This document shows positions 28,051 through 37,167 of a stretch of 64,000 nt of DNA, piece after piece. The notes beneath the pieces were generated by a model. It did not search any database and was not told the origin of the DNA. It saw only the letters and a program-made list of their open reading frames with translations. The position numbers were made by a program, and so were the translations under genes. Location of the stretch: the sequence record KY000079.2; one strand, 5' to 3'. The DNA is from Acinetobacter phage AM24. The first letter of the stretch is position 1. Every line of letters starts with the position of its first letter.

Positions 28051-30087
28051 GTGCAATATGAAGGATTCAAAATAAAAGGTGGAACTTACCAAAATTTTGA
28101 TGTGAGCGATTTAGATTTTAGCCATGAACACAAAACAACCTGCCCTAAATGTAAATCTAAAGGTAAGGACCGTTCTGGGAATAACTTTCATATTTACTCT
28201 CCAGATGAATTAGGTAGACCGAGTGGTGGTAAGTGTTGGGCTGCTGGTTGTGGATTCCGTATCTTAAGCGCTGAAATTATCGGTGAGTTAGAAGCTACAG
28301 GAAATGGTCATGGTAAATATGAGTTAACAGAAGAGGAAAAAGCTGAATTAAAAACACAACAGCTTTTAAGGAAATCTCAAAGGAATAAGGAGAAGGCATT
28401 GGAAAAGGCATTATCTAGGGAAGATTTTTTGTCGATTTGGCAAAGCACTGGACCTGACCCTAAAGGTTGGAGAGGTTTGACAAAAGAAACCTGTGATGAT
28501 TTAAAAATCCGATTCCGATATAATGAGGATGATGGTAAGCCAAACTCAATGTTGGTCCCAACCTTTATGCCTATGGAGGATGGCGCTAAGGCTGTACCAG
28601 TGGGTTATAAGATTCGAGTATTTCCTAAAGACTTCTCTCATTCAGTTGGTGCTTTTGGTAAAGCTACTGATTTAATTGGTATGGCAAAATTCCACAGCCA
28701 TAACAAAACTTTAGTGATTACTGCTGGTGAAGTTGACTGGGCTTCAGCTTATCAGATGTATAAGGCTAAGAAACCTGAACGTTATATTCCAGCTATTGTA
28801 ACCTCACCACTGGGTGAAGAGGGAACCTTGCAGCACTTCTTGGAGAATCCTAGAAACTATGAGTTCTTCATGCAATTTGATAAGGTTATCTTGTGCTTAG
28901 ACTCTGATGATGCTGGCTTAAAGGCTATGGAATCATTTGCCGAGAAGATGCCTAGAGAGAAGCTTTGGAAGGTTCAACTACGATACAAAGATGTGAATGA
29001 GTATCTCGTACAGGGCAAATATCAAGAGTTTGTCGATGATGTTGAGTTTAAGGCCAAACCATGTCATGATTCCTTGATCATTGGTTCTGGTGGTTGGCAA
29101 GTTGCCATTAAGCGTGAAATTAGTGTTGAGAAGTTGCAATTGCCTCCAATGTTGTGTAGACTAGAGAAATCTATAAAAGGTGGTTTCCCAATGGGTCGTA
29201 TTGTAACCATTGGTGCAGCAAGTTCTGCTGGTAAAACCACCTTAGTAAACTCAATGATTTATTACTGGTTGGGTTTAAGAACACATAAAATCGGTATTGT
29301 ATCTTTGGAGTTAACCTTCGGTCAATACTGTATGGATATGCTGTCACGACATGTTGGTAGAAAAATTGATGCATTTGAGACAGTTAAGGAACAACAAGAT
29401 TTCTTAAATCGTCCAGATGTGATTGATGCTGCAAATGATTTCTTCTACAATGAAGATGGAAGTGATAGATTCTGGGTGGTTGATAACCGAGATTCAAACA
29501 TTGCAGAGATTCAACGCCTGTGTGAACAGATGGTTATCCAACATGGAATTAATGTTCTTATCTTAGACCCAGTTTCAGACTTAACACAAAAACTTGATAA
29601 GGAAAAACAAGTTGAGTTTGCTTCTTGGCAAAAGAGCTTTGTTAAGAAACACAATGTCTTGATGATTCAAATTTCACACGTTCGTAAAACAGGAAATGGT
29701 CAAAAGAGTTATGCTGAAGGTGCTGTCCCTACAGAAGATGACTTGATTGGTTCATATGCTGTTGGTTCATCTAGTGCGTGTACCATTATGCTTGCACGTA
29801 ATAAGATGAGTGATAACCCGCGTGTACGTAATACCACAGGTGTCTATGTTCCGAAGTGTCGTTGGAGTCCAGTTACAGGTCACTTAGATGATATTTACTA
29901 CGATCTAGAGACACACCGATTGCACAATCTAGAGCAATGGGATTTGGGTATTGTTGATACTGGACAGAAGCTCTTGTTAGATGAAGACCTAGATACAAAA
30001 GGTGATGATCAAGATCATGTTTGTGCTGATGAACAGGAATCTGTATATGCATCATCAAGTGATGTAACTCAATTGTTTAGTGAGTAA
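28051..30087 (+). CDS. Bifunctional primase-helicase (T7 gp4-like: zinc ribbon, TOPRIM, DnaB-like helicase); GTG start
   Basis: CPKCKSKG...CWAAGCGF zinc site. TOPRIM acidic motifs LVITAGEVD and LDSDDAG. Walker A GAASSAGKTT and Walker B LILDPVSD. Confidence 0.85.
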   Translation: MQYEGFKIKGGTYQNFDVSDLDFSHEHKTTCPKCKSKGKDRSGNNFHIYSPDELGRPSGGKCWAAGCGFRILSAEIIGELEATGNGHGKYELTEEEKAELKTQQLLRKSQRNKEKALEKALSREDFLSIWQSTGPDPKGWRGLTKETCDDLKIRFRYNEDDGKPNSMLVPTFMPMEDGAKAVPVGYKIRVFPKDFSHSVGAFGKATDLIGMAKFHSHNKTLVITAGEVDWASAYQMYKAKKPERYIPAIVTSPLGEEGTLQHFLENPRNYEFFMQFDKVILCLDSDDAGLKAMESFAEKMPREKLWKVQLRYKDVNEYLVQGKYQEFVDDVEFKAKPCHDSLIIGSGGWQVAIKREISVEKLQLPPMLCRLEKSIKGGFPMGRIVTIGAASSAGKTTLVNSMIYYWLGLRTHKIGIVSLELTFGQYCMDMLSRHVGRKIDAFETVKEQQDFLNRPDVIDAANDFFYNEDGSDRFWVVDNRDSNIAEIQRLCEQMVIQHGINVLILDPVSDLTQKLDKEKQVEFASWQKSFVKKHNVLMIQISHVRKTGNGQKSYAEGAVPTEDDLIGSYAVGSSSACTIMLARNKMSDNPRVRNTTGVYVPKCRWSPVTGHLDDIYYDLETHRLHNLEQWDLGIVDTGQKLLLDEDLDTKGDDQDHVCADEQESVYASSSDVTQLFSE

Positions 30088-30127
30088 TTGAATGCATATT
30101 TATTAAAGGATTAATTAGGAGGTAATT

Positions 30128-32635
30128 TTGACAGACCAAAAGAAATATCACGTTTTTGCAGCAGACTTAGAAAGTACAGGTTTGCTTCATCATCTTGAAG
30201 AACAGGGTGAGAATGCCCGATTACACAACTTTGGTCTGTTATCTACCAAAAGTGATTCTTATGCCATTCTACATCCAATGAAACAAGGTGACCGTGAGAA
30301 ACTTCAAAAGGTTTTAGATCGTGAAGATACTGTTTTGGTTATCCATAATGGTATCTGCTATGATATAGAAGCTTTAAAACATTTTAAATTTGATACTTCA
30401 AAAGTTAAAGTAATTGATACTTTATATCTTGCTTGGTACTTAGATTTCTTTAAGGAAGGTCGTTATGGCTTAGAGGCTTATGGTGAGTTGTTAGGCTTTC
30501 CGAAGCCACCTATTGAAGACTGGGAGAATCTAACCCAAGAGGATTATGACCACCGTGTTTATGGGGATATTAAAATCCAGAAAGCACTTTGGTTAAAGCT
30601 TTGTAAGCAGTTTGCAGAACTGTACAACATTCCAAATGATGAGTACATGGAGTCCCGTGTCATTGATCATTATGCAATGAAGTATATTATGTGGAAGGGT
30701 GAACAGATGCGTATTCAACAAGAGAATATGTGGAAGTTCGACTATGAAAAAGCTGCACCAATGCTTAAGAAGATTGAGTTTCAAATCAATGAAAAGATTG
30801 AAGCTCTCACAAGTGTAATGCCGAAGGTTCCAGTCTATGCAACAAGAAAGCGTCCAGCTAAACCTTTCAAGCAAAATGGTGAGTTAAGCTCTACAGGTTT
30901 AAAATGGAAGGAACTCACAGAGGAAATGAACCTGCCTTTTGAACATGCAGATGAAATCCGAGTGATTACTAAGTATAATCCACCAAACCCAGCTTCACCA
31001 GCACAGGTTAAGGATTGGCTGTTTGATTTAGGGTGGGTGCCACAAACCTACGAGTTTAAGAAAGATGATAGTGGTGAAAGGAAAATCCCTCAGATTTATG
31101 TAAAAGGATCTGGTGGTGAGGTTTGCCCATCTGTACAAGAGCTTGCAGAGCGATACCCAGAGGTTGGTCACTTGGTTGGCCTTGGTGTGTTAAAGCACCG
31201 AAAAGGAATGGTAGCTAACTGGCTCAACAACCATAGAAATGGATACCTAACAGCCCGTGCTGCTGGGTTCACTAACACATTACGCTTGAAACATGCGGAG
31301 CTAGTAAATATCCCTTCAGGTCGTGTTTTCTTGGGTTCACAAGTACGTGCACTATTAACGGTGCGTGATGATGCTAACATTTTGTTAGGTTCAGACTTGA
31401 GTTCTTTAGAAAACCGATTGAAGTTCCACTTTCAGATGCCTCTTGACCCTGACTATGTTAAGGCCCAGATGTCTAAAGACTTCGACCCTCACTTATCCCT
31501 AGCTCTTCTTGCTGGACTACTCACAGAGGATGAAGTCAACTTCTACAAGATAGAAGAAAAAGGCTTTGAGATGCCTGATGAAGTGTACACTGATGATCTC
31601 AAGGAGATGCTTGCTAAGAGTGATGATTGGAAACACACTGAATTAGCTCGTATTGAGAAGATACGTGGTATGGGTAAAGCTGGTAACTACGCTTGTTTGC
31701 CAATGGACACAAAGGTGGCTGTATTTGATGACAAGTATTTGGGTCCAGTAAGATATGTAGATTTTAAAAACCTTAAGGATACAGACCAAATTGTCCAGTA
31801 TTGCTCTGAAATTGGAGAATATACTGCAAGTCCTTATAAGTACAAACACTTCTATAAGGATGCAGAGGTTGTGACTGTAAAAATTAAACCTGATGGGATT
31901 GTGACATTTAAGTGCACTTTGAACCACCGTTGGTTGGTGAGGTTTGATAATGGTCGTGAAGGTTTTGCTGAACTTTCAGATATCATTTCAAATAACTACG
32001 AAATGAATTATGCTGGCGTGTGGGTAAAGGGTTCCGACTTAGAAATTATAGAAGTTACAAAAGAGGACGTTTTTTGTTTAACTACTGAAAGTTCATCATT
32101 CTTGATTAAACAGGGTAGGTATTATTCGATTACTGGTAACTGTCAGTATGGCGCTGGGGCTAAAACTGTGGCACGTACAGCAAAGGTATCCTTAGATGTT
32201 GGTCAACAGATTGTTGAAGGTTATCGAATGATGAACTGGTCCATTGATGTTATTGCTTCTAATACATCAATTAAAAAGACATCTTTTGGTGATTTCCAGT
32301 TAAACCCAATCAATAAGATGTACTATCCTCTCAAGACAGCTAAGGATAGATTTTCAACATTAATTCAAGGTAGCGGTTCTTATGTATTTGACTTATGGTT
32401 GATGTTTATTTTCAAGAGATTGAAACTTGCGATGGATGCAGGGAAGTTGCAATTTAAACCTAAACTACTTGCCACTTTTCACGATGAGTGTACCTTTGAA
32501 TGCCACAAAGATGATGAGGATTTTATGCAAGTCTTAATGAAAGATGCAATTGCTGATGTTAATAAGGCTTTGAAATTAAATGTTGATCTGGATTGCGATA
32601 TAAAAACAGGTAGTAACTATTCAGAAATTCACTAA
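30128..32635 (+). CDS. Family A DNA polymerase with a 3'-5' exonuclease domain, interrupted by a mini-intein; TTG start
   Basis: Exonuclease motifs AADLEST and HNGICYD. Motif A is SDLSSLENR. Motif B (KAGNYA|C...N|CQYGAGAK) is split by the intein. RBS AGGAGG. Confidence 0.85.
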   Translation: MTDQKKYHVFAADLESTGLLHHLEEQGENARLHNFGLLSTKSDSYAILHPMKQGDREKLQKVLDREDTVLVIHNGICYDIEALKHFKFDTSKVKVIDTLYLAWYLDFFKEGRYGLEAYGELLGFPKPPIEDWENLTQEDYDHRVYGDIKIQKALWLKLCKQFAELYNIPNDEYMESRVIDHYAMKYIMWKGEQMRIQQENMWKFDYEKAAPMLKKIEFQINEKIEALTSVMPKVPVYATRKRPAKPFKQNGELSSTGLKWKELTEEMNLPFEHADEIRVITKYNPPNPASPAQVKDWLFDLGWVPQTYEFKKDDSGERKIPQIYVKGSGGEVCPSVQELAERYPEVGHLVGLGVLKHRKGMVANWLNNHRNGYLTARAAGFTNTLRLKHAELVNIPSGRVFLGSQVRALLTVRDDANILLGSDLSSLENRLKFHFQMPLDPDYVKAQMSKDFDPHLSLALLAGLLTEDEVNFYKIEEKGFEMPDEVYTDDLKEMLAKSDDWKHTELARIEKIRGMGKAGNYACLPMDTKVAVFDDKYLGPVRYVDFKNLKDTDQIVQYCSEIGEYTASPYKYKHFYKDAEVVTVKIKPDGIVTFKCTLNHRWLVRFDNGREGFAELSDIISNNYEMNYAGVWVKGSDLEIIEVTKEDVFCLTTESSSFLIKQGRYYSITGNCQYGAGAKTVARTAKVSLDVGQQIVEGYRMMNWSIDVIASNTSIKKTSFGDFQLNPINKMYYPLKTAKDRFSTLIQGSGSYVFDLWLMFIFKRLKLAMDAGKLQFKPKLLATFHDECTFECHKDDEDFMQVLMKDAIADVNKALKLNVDLDCDIKTGSNYSEIH
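31694..32140 (+). mobile_element. Mini-intein (149 aa, no endonuclease domain) in polymerase motif B
   Basis: Begins CLPMDTKV. Has a TLNH block-B-like motif. Ends ...YYSITGN with a +1 Cys. Removing it restores the ...NYACQYGAG motif B. Confidence 0.6.
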
Positions 32636-32644
32636 GGAGTTGAA

Positions 32645-33166
32645 ATGGATTTTGAAATATGGAAACCAATAATGGTTGACAAGGATTCTGGTGCTCATCT
32701 GCTGGTGTCCAATTTTGGAAACGTAAAAGGTGTAGATTGGAGTGATCGTAGTAAATTAAACCACTCAGGGGGTTATCTAAAAGCATCACACTATGTTGGT
32801 GGGAATAGAACTAGGATGTGGTTTATACACAGATTAGTGGCAACTTTATTCTGTAAAAAACCTACAGAAGCGCACTCTCAAGTAAATCATATCGATGGTG
32901 ATAAACAAAACAATCACTATAAAAATTTAGAGTGGGTGACACCTTCAAGGAATATTAGACATGCTCACACCGAGGGTTTGATGGATAGTCGTAAGAATGT
33001 TAAAACATTGAAAATGCATCACGATGATGTTATTTTGAAGGCTTATCTTGAAGTTATGTTGGAATTTGGTACAATAACGAAAGTGGCTGAGAAATACGGT
33101 ATGCCAAGGACAACTTTATCGTCTATTGTAAATGGTCGGTGTAAGAGGAAAATTACAGGTTTGTAG
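32645..33166 (+). CDS. HNH homing endonuclease (NUMOD4 plus HNH_3-like)
   Basis: IWKPI...LVSNFGNVK and VNHIDGDKQNNHYKNLEWVTPSRN. Lies immediately downstream of the polymerase gene. Confidence 0.7.
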   Translation: MDFEIWKPIMVDKDSGAHLLVSNFGNVKGVDWSDRSKLNHSGGYLKASHYVGGNRTRMWFIHRLVATLFCKKPTEAHSQVNHIDGDKQNNHYKNLEWVTPSRNIRHAHTEGLMDSRKNVKTLKMHHDDVILKAYLEVMLEFGTITKVAEKYGMPRTTLSSIVNGRCKRKITGL

Positions 33167-33174
33167 GAGGTTGT

Positions 33175-33420
33175 ATGAGAGATTTCTTAGGAGTTTTACT
33201 TGAGGTTGATGACGATGTTGTTTTGTTAAAAACACCAATTGTTGGTGAGCACACATTTAAAATTGGAAAAGTTAAAAAGATTTCTTCTAAAAAAGTTTTG
33301 GTGGAAATCAAAGGTCGTCCTTATCGTTGGAGTGATGAGGAATGTATTCATGAGGTTTGGAGATACCCAGAGCAATTAATTCAAGTAGATATTGAGGTAC
33401 ATAGAAATGAAGAGCATTAA
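33175..33420 (+). CDS. Small beta-rich protein (KOW/SH3-like), a distant relative of the late paralog family
   Basis: RBS AGGAGG. Confidence 0.4.
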   Translation: MRDFLGVLLEVDDDVVLLKTPIVGEHTFKIGKVKKISSKKVLVEIKGRPYRWSDEECIHEVWRYPEQLIQVDIEVHRNEEH

Positions 33421-33646
33421 TGGTTATGAACTGAAGGTTGGTCAATTGGTTATCTGTGCAGAACAGAAGACAGCAGACTTCTTTCATGGTAAAATTACAC
33501 AGATTAACGAAAAGACTGTTATTGTAGAAACACATCGGGAAAACTACAAGTACCACAAATACTCTAAGCCAGTGACTGGCTATGTAACTCACCCAAGACG
33601 ACCTGAACAAGTATTTGTTTTAGGAAGCCCTAAAGAATTAAATTAA
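33407..33646 (+). CDS. Small protein (LKVGQLV... motif)
   Basis: Overlaps the previous gene. The start is uncertain (33392 or 33407). Confidence 0.35.
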   Translation: MKSINGYELKVGQLVICAEQKTADFFHGKITQINEKTVIVETHRENYKYHKYSKPVTGYVTHPRRPEQVFVLGSPKELN

Positions 33647-33675
33647 AAATTCTTTAAAATATTTTATAAAAGTAG

Positions 33676-33704
33676 TTGACATGGTGTTTTAATTATGATT
33701 TAAT
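33676..33704 (+). promoter_or_regulatory. Candidate promoter with AAAGTAGTTGACA extended -35 and a weak -10
   Basis: The -35 context is identical to that of the 27076 promoter. A TATAAT also occurs at 33833-33838. Confidence 0.35.
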
Positions 33705-33902
33705 TAGCACCATAAATTAATAATCAATATATTACCTACCTTAGATGTGCAACACATCATATTTTTAGGAAGCCTCTAGGCAAGCCAGAAAGAAAAATGG
33801 AGAAGACAAGTTTTATTTAAGTCGGGACGACTATAATTAAGCGACTTTACGTCTTTTTCGCAAAACATATCTTAAAAGTATTTACTAAAAGGAGTTTACT
33901 AA

Positions 33903-34562
33903 ATGGCTAATACAAGTTTAATCGATGGTGTTGTTTTATTTAATGCACTTAAAAACCCAAAGTTTAAATTCGAAAGTCAAACTCGCCGAGAGTTTACAAT
34001 CGATTTGATTGTGAGTAAGAAAGATGCTATTGCTTGGAATAAACGTTTCAAGAAACAGCAAGCTGAAATTATTGACAACCAAGACTTTGTGGCAAAGTTT
34101 GAGATGGAAGTACCGTTCCCTGAGCAAGATGAACAGTATAAAATCAAAGTAAAACGCCCAGCAGATTATGAAGAAAAGGATCCAACAACCCTTCAGAAAA
34201 CTGGTCGAATCTTACCAATTCCAGATAAGTATCGCCCTCGTGTTCTACAGTTGGTTGACCCAGAAACACGTAAATGTGTTGATATCACCTTCAAGGATTT
34301 TGGTGTAGGTCGTGGATCTAAAGTAACCGTTCAGTATGAAGAACGTGATAATGGTTCTTTCGGGACTACAGCACGTCTATCTAACGTTCGTGTTAACGAG
34401 TTGGTGAAGTTTGAGACAGGAAACTCATTTGATCAACTTGGTGAGGTGGAAGAGGTTATGGAAAACCCTTACGCACAAAAAGCAACTCCAGCGCCAGCAG
34501 CTAATGAGGGCGGTGCCACTGGTGGTGACCCAAGCCAAGCAGAAGTTGAAGATCTCTTTTAA
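33903..34562 (+). CDS. Single-stranded DNA-binding protein (T7 gp2.5-like) with an acidic C-terminal tail ending in Phe
   Basis: C-terminus ...DPSQAEVEDLF. The size and the neighbouring T7-like replication genes fit this call. RBS AAAGGAG. Confidence 0.5.
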   Translation: MANTSLIDGVVLFNALKNPKFKFESQTRREFTIDLIVSKKDAIAWNKRFKKQQAEIIDNQDFVAKFEMEVPFPEQDEQYKIKVKRPADYEEKDPTTLQKTGRILPIPDKYRPRVLQLVDPETRKCVDITFKDFGVGRGSKVTVQYEERDNGSFGTTARLSNVRVNELVKFETGNSFDQLGEVEEVMENPYAQKATPAPAANEGGATGGDPSQAEVEDLF

Positions 34563-34576
34563 TTGGTGAGGTAGAT

Positions 34577-35122
34577 ATGAGTGCAAGAAATCCGAAAAGG
34601 AAAGTTTATAAAACAAACCCAAAAATAACAATTTCTGTAGAGAAGGACCTTCGTTGGAGAGATGTTAAGGATATGGTTTTTGATTCGATAGAACAGGGAG
34701 TTCCTTCGGATTTTGAATCTAAAAAACTTGCACAACTATCTATCAAGTTATTAGCCGAGAAACAAGGACGTTCTCAGTTAAACTTGAGTTTTTATCCAGT
34801 TGTTCGTAGTACCCTTGAACATTTAACCCCTGATGAACTTAGAAAGATAGCTATTCAGTGTATTGTGAAATGTACTGAGACAGAAGAAACCAGTGAGAAC
34901 ATTGTACCTATTGCTAATAAGGTTGGTGTTATTTATGGTCGATTCTTTGATTATCGCTATAAGGGCAAACCTTATGTGGTATCTAAGCAAGCTGATCTTT
35001 TAGAAGAAGAAATGGGTGTTGCAAATTTACCTAAAGATGGTGATCTGGAAGAAAACCAACTGGAGGAAGATGAGCAGTATGACATCATGGGGGCATTAGG
35101 ACATATCCCTATAGATTTGTAG
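34577..35122 (+). CDS. Hypothetical acidic protein
   Basis: RBS GGTGAGG. Confidence 0.45.
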   Translation: MSARNPKRKVYKTNPKITISVEKDLRWRDVKDMVFDSIEQGVPSDFESKKLAQLSIKLLAEKQGRSQLNLSFYPVVRSTLEHLTPDELRKIAIQCIVKCTETEETSENIVPIANKVGVIYGRFFDYRYKGKPYVVSKQADLLEEEMGVANLPKDGDLEENQLEEDEQYDIMGALGHIPIDL

Positions 35123-35162
35123 TTCGTAGGTTTTTACAAGGAATTTGCATAAGGAGTTGTGC

Positions 35163-36398
35163 ATGAGTAAGTATGATGGAATTGGTGAGAAGTTGCCAAT
35201 TGTCACTGACTTAGGTGTTATTGAATATGAATTACCAGTTTATAGCTCTAAGGATGTTGTTGCAGTTTTTGACTTAGACTTTATTGTGTACTCTTCTGCA
35301 TGTATGGCTGATCACACATCAATTAAGGTGACATCGAAAAAGAAAGGTGTTGTCAAGTACTTCAAAAGTAGGACTGAATTTAATGAATTGCTGAGAGGTT
35401 TTAATGAAAAAAACCCTGAAGGTAAACTCACTAAAGCGGATTTTATTATTGAAGATATTGTTGTTCCCCAGCCTGTATCACATGCCTTAAGAAGTATTAA
35501 AGCACGAATTCAAGGTATTATGGAAGTCCTTGGTGCAAATAAGGCTGAGTATTATGTTGGTGGTGAGAATAATTTCAGGATGAGATTGCCATTGCCAGTA
35601 CCATACAAAGGCAACCGAAAGGAAATGCGGAAGCCTACTCATTTAGCAGAAAGTAAAAAATATGCTATTGAGGTTATTGGTGCCAAAAGTGTCTATGGTA
35701 GGGAAGCTGACGATGTGGTAACACAACGGGCCGTTCAGATTAGAAAGCAAGGAGCTAAAGCTATTCTGATTGGTGAGGATAAAGATGCTTATGGTACATT
35801 TAATATCTACACATATAACCCTAAAAAGGATTTTGAGCCTTTCTTCATAGGTGAATCCCCTTCTGTTTGGAGTACAAGTTTCATTGGTCACATAGACACA
35901 ATTGAAAAGGTATCCATAGATAAGAATACAGGGAAAGAAAAAGTCACTTATGATTATAAAGGTTGTGGCCTAGCATGGAAATGCTATCAGATTGCCACAG
36001 GGGATGATGCAGATGGTTACCACTTCTTAGATATTGCCAAGAGATTGTATTGTGATAAACATGGAGTCAGTCTGATGGCAGCAGCTAAGAAGATTCAACT
36101 CGATAGGGTAGGTTTGGTGGAAAAATTAAACAATGCCAAGGAAGAAAAAGAGTTGTGGGAAATTCTCTTAGAGCATTCAAAAAAATATTATGGGGAAGAA
36201 CCTTTCGAATATACAGACCATAATGGTATTAAACACACAACAGATTATATAGGTGTTCTTAACTTATACTATCACTGTGTGCATATGAGATTGTCAGTCG
36301 CTGATGACAATACCTTCTACACCATCTTGAGAAAACATGGATTGTATGATGGTCCGTTTAATCCAGAAGTTGAATATTGTTATTTGTTCGAAAAGTAA
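35163..36398 (+). CDS. 5'-3' exonuclease / flap endonuclease (FEN/PIN family)
   Basis: N-terminus VAVFDLDFIVYSSA plus the hallmark GREADDVV motif. An ATG at 35163 follows AAGGAG. Confidence 0.65.
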   Translation: MSKYDGIGEKLPIVTDLGVIEYELPVYSSKDVVAVFDLDFIVYSSACMADHTSIKVTSKKKGVVKYFKSRTEFNELLRGFNEKNPEGKLTKADFIIEDIVVPQPVSHALRSIKARIQGIMEVLGANKAEYYVGGENNFRMRLPLPVPYKGNRKEMRKPTHLAESKKYAIEVIGAKSVYGREADDVVTQRAVQIRKQGAKAILIGEDKDAYGTFNIYTYNPKKDFEPFFIGESPSVWSTSFIGHIDTIEKVSIDKNTGKEKVTYDYKGCGLAWKCYQIATGDDADGYHFLDIAKRLYCDKHGVSLMAAAKKIQLDRVGLVEKLNNAKEEKELWEILLEHSKKYYGEEPFEYTDHNGIKHTTDYIGVLNLYYHCVHMRLSVADDNTFYTILRKHGLYDGPFNPEVEYCYLFEK

Positions 36399-36437
36399 TC
36401 TTTCAGTAATTATTCAGTTCAAATTAACAAAAATTTG

Positions 36438-36466
36438 TTGACTTGGTGTTTGCATAGTTCTAATAT
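36438..36466 (+). promoter_or_regulatory. Sigma70-like promoter (TTGACT, 17-nt spacer, TAATAT)
   Basis: Seen in the sequence 14 nt upstream of the 36480 ATG. Confidence 0.55.
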
Positions 36467-36479
36467 ACAAGGAATAGTT

Positions 36480-37154
36480 ATGGTTGCAAGACATTCAAGA
36501 ACTAAGTTAAATATATCTAACATTGATACATCAAATATGAAACCTTCGGAGAAAGTTCAGCATATACTTGAACTTAATCCAGAGGTTTTCCCTTCTAAGG
36601 CTTCTTATATTGATCTCTTGAGGAAGTGTATTCGTGCAGGTTGGGTAAAACACCCAGTCAAGCAAGCCTACAAGGAGTCAAAAAAGAAGAAGATCAAAAA
36701 CCCAAACCCATATCATCAGAAAAGATTTGAGTATGTTTGGGGTTACACCTGTGAAATTTGTGGTGAAGATTATGTCGAAAAGGATATCGAAGTAGACCAC
36801 AAAGTAGGAAACATTAGGTTTACCGAAATAGAGGACTTTGAGAGTTATGCTCTTGCAATTTTACATATTGCACCAGAGGACTTGCAAATACTTTGTGCTT
36901 ATCGGGACACTGATGTTAGATCAAGGAAGAAACATTCCTGTCACCATATCAAAACACTAGCAGAAAAGAATGGAATATCTTTTGAAGAGGCTAAAGTTTT
37001 GAAAAAGGTTATTCAGGTAGAGAAGTCTGGCGAAGGTGCTGTTGTAAAGATGTTGACTAGTTTGGGTGTATCTGCTAAGGATATTCCAAAAACAAAGTCA
37101 GGTAAAAATAAATTATTAAGGGAGGTTGCTCTAAGTCAAGTTAAGGCTAAGTAA
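36480..37154 (+). CDS. Putative HNH-type endonuclease / DNA-binding protein
   Basis: CEICGEDYVEKDIEVDHKVGN is HNH-like. Confidence 0.4.
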   Translation: MVARHSRTKLNISNIDTSNMKPSEKVQHILELNPEVFPSKASYIDLLRKCIRAGWVKHPVKQAYKESKKKKIKNPNPYHQKRFEYVWGYTCEICGEDYVEKDIEVDHKVGNIRFTEIEDFESYALAILHIAPEDLQILCAYRDTDVRSRKKHSCHHIKTLAEKNGISFEEAKVLKKVIQVEKSGEGAVVKMLTSLGVSAKDIPKTKSGKNKLLREVALSQVKAK

Positions 37155-37167
37155 CCTTGGAGGTAAA

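Noticed and set aside
33815-33845. Resemblance of GGGACGACTATAATTAAG to a T7-type phage promoter
   Set aside because: It lacks the conserved CACTATAG core. No phage RNA polymerase is seen in the window. It fits better as a sigma70 -10 (TATAAT)
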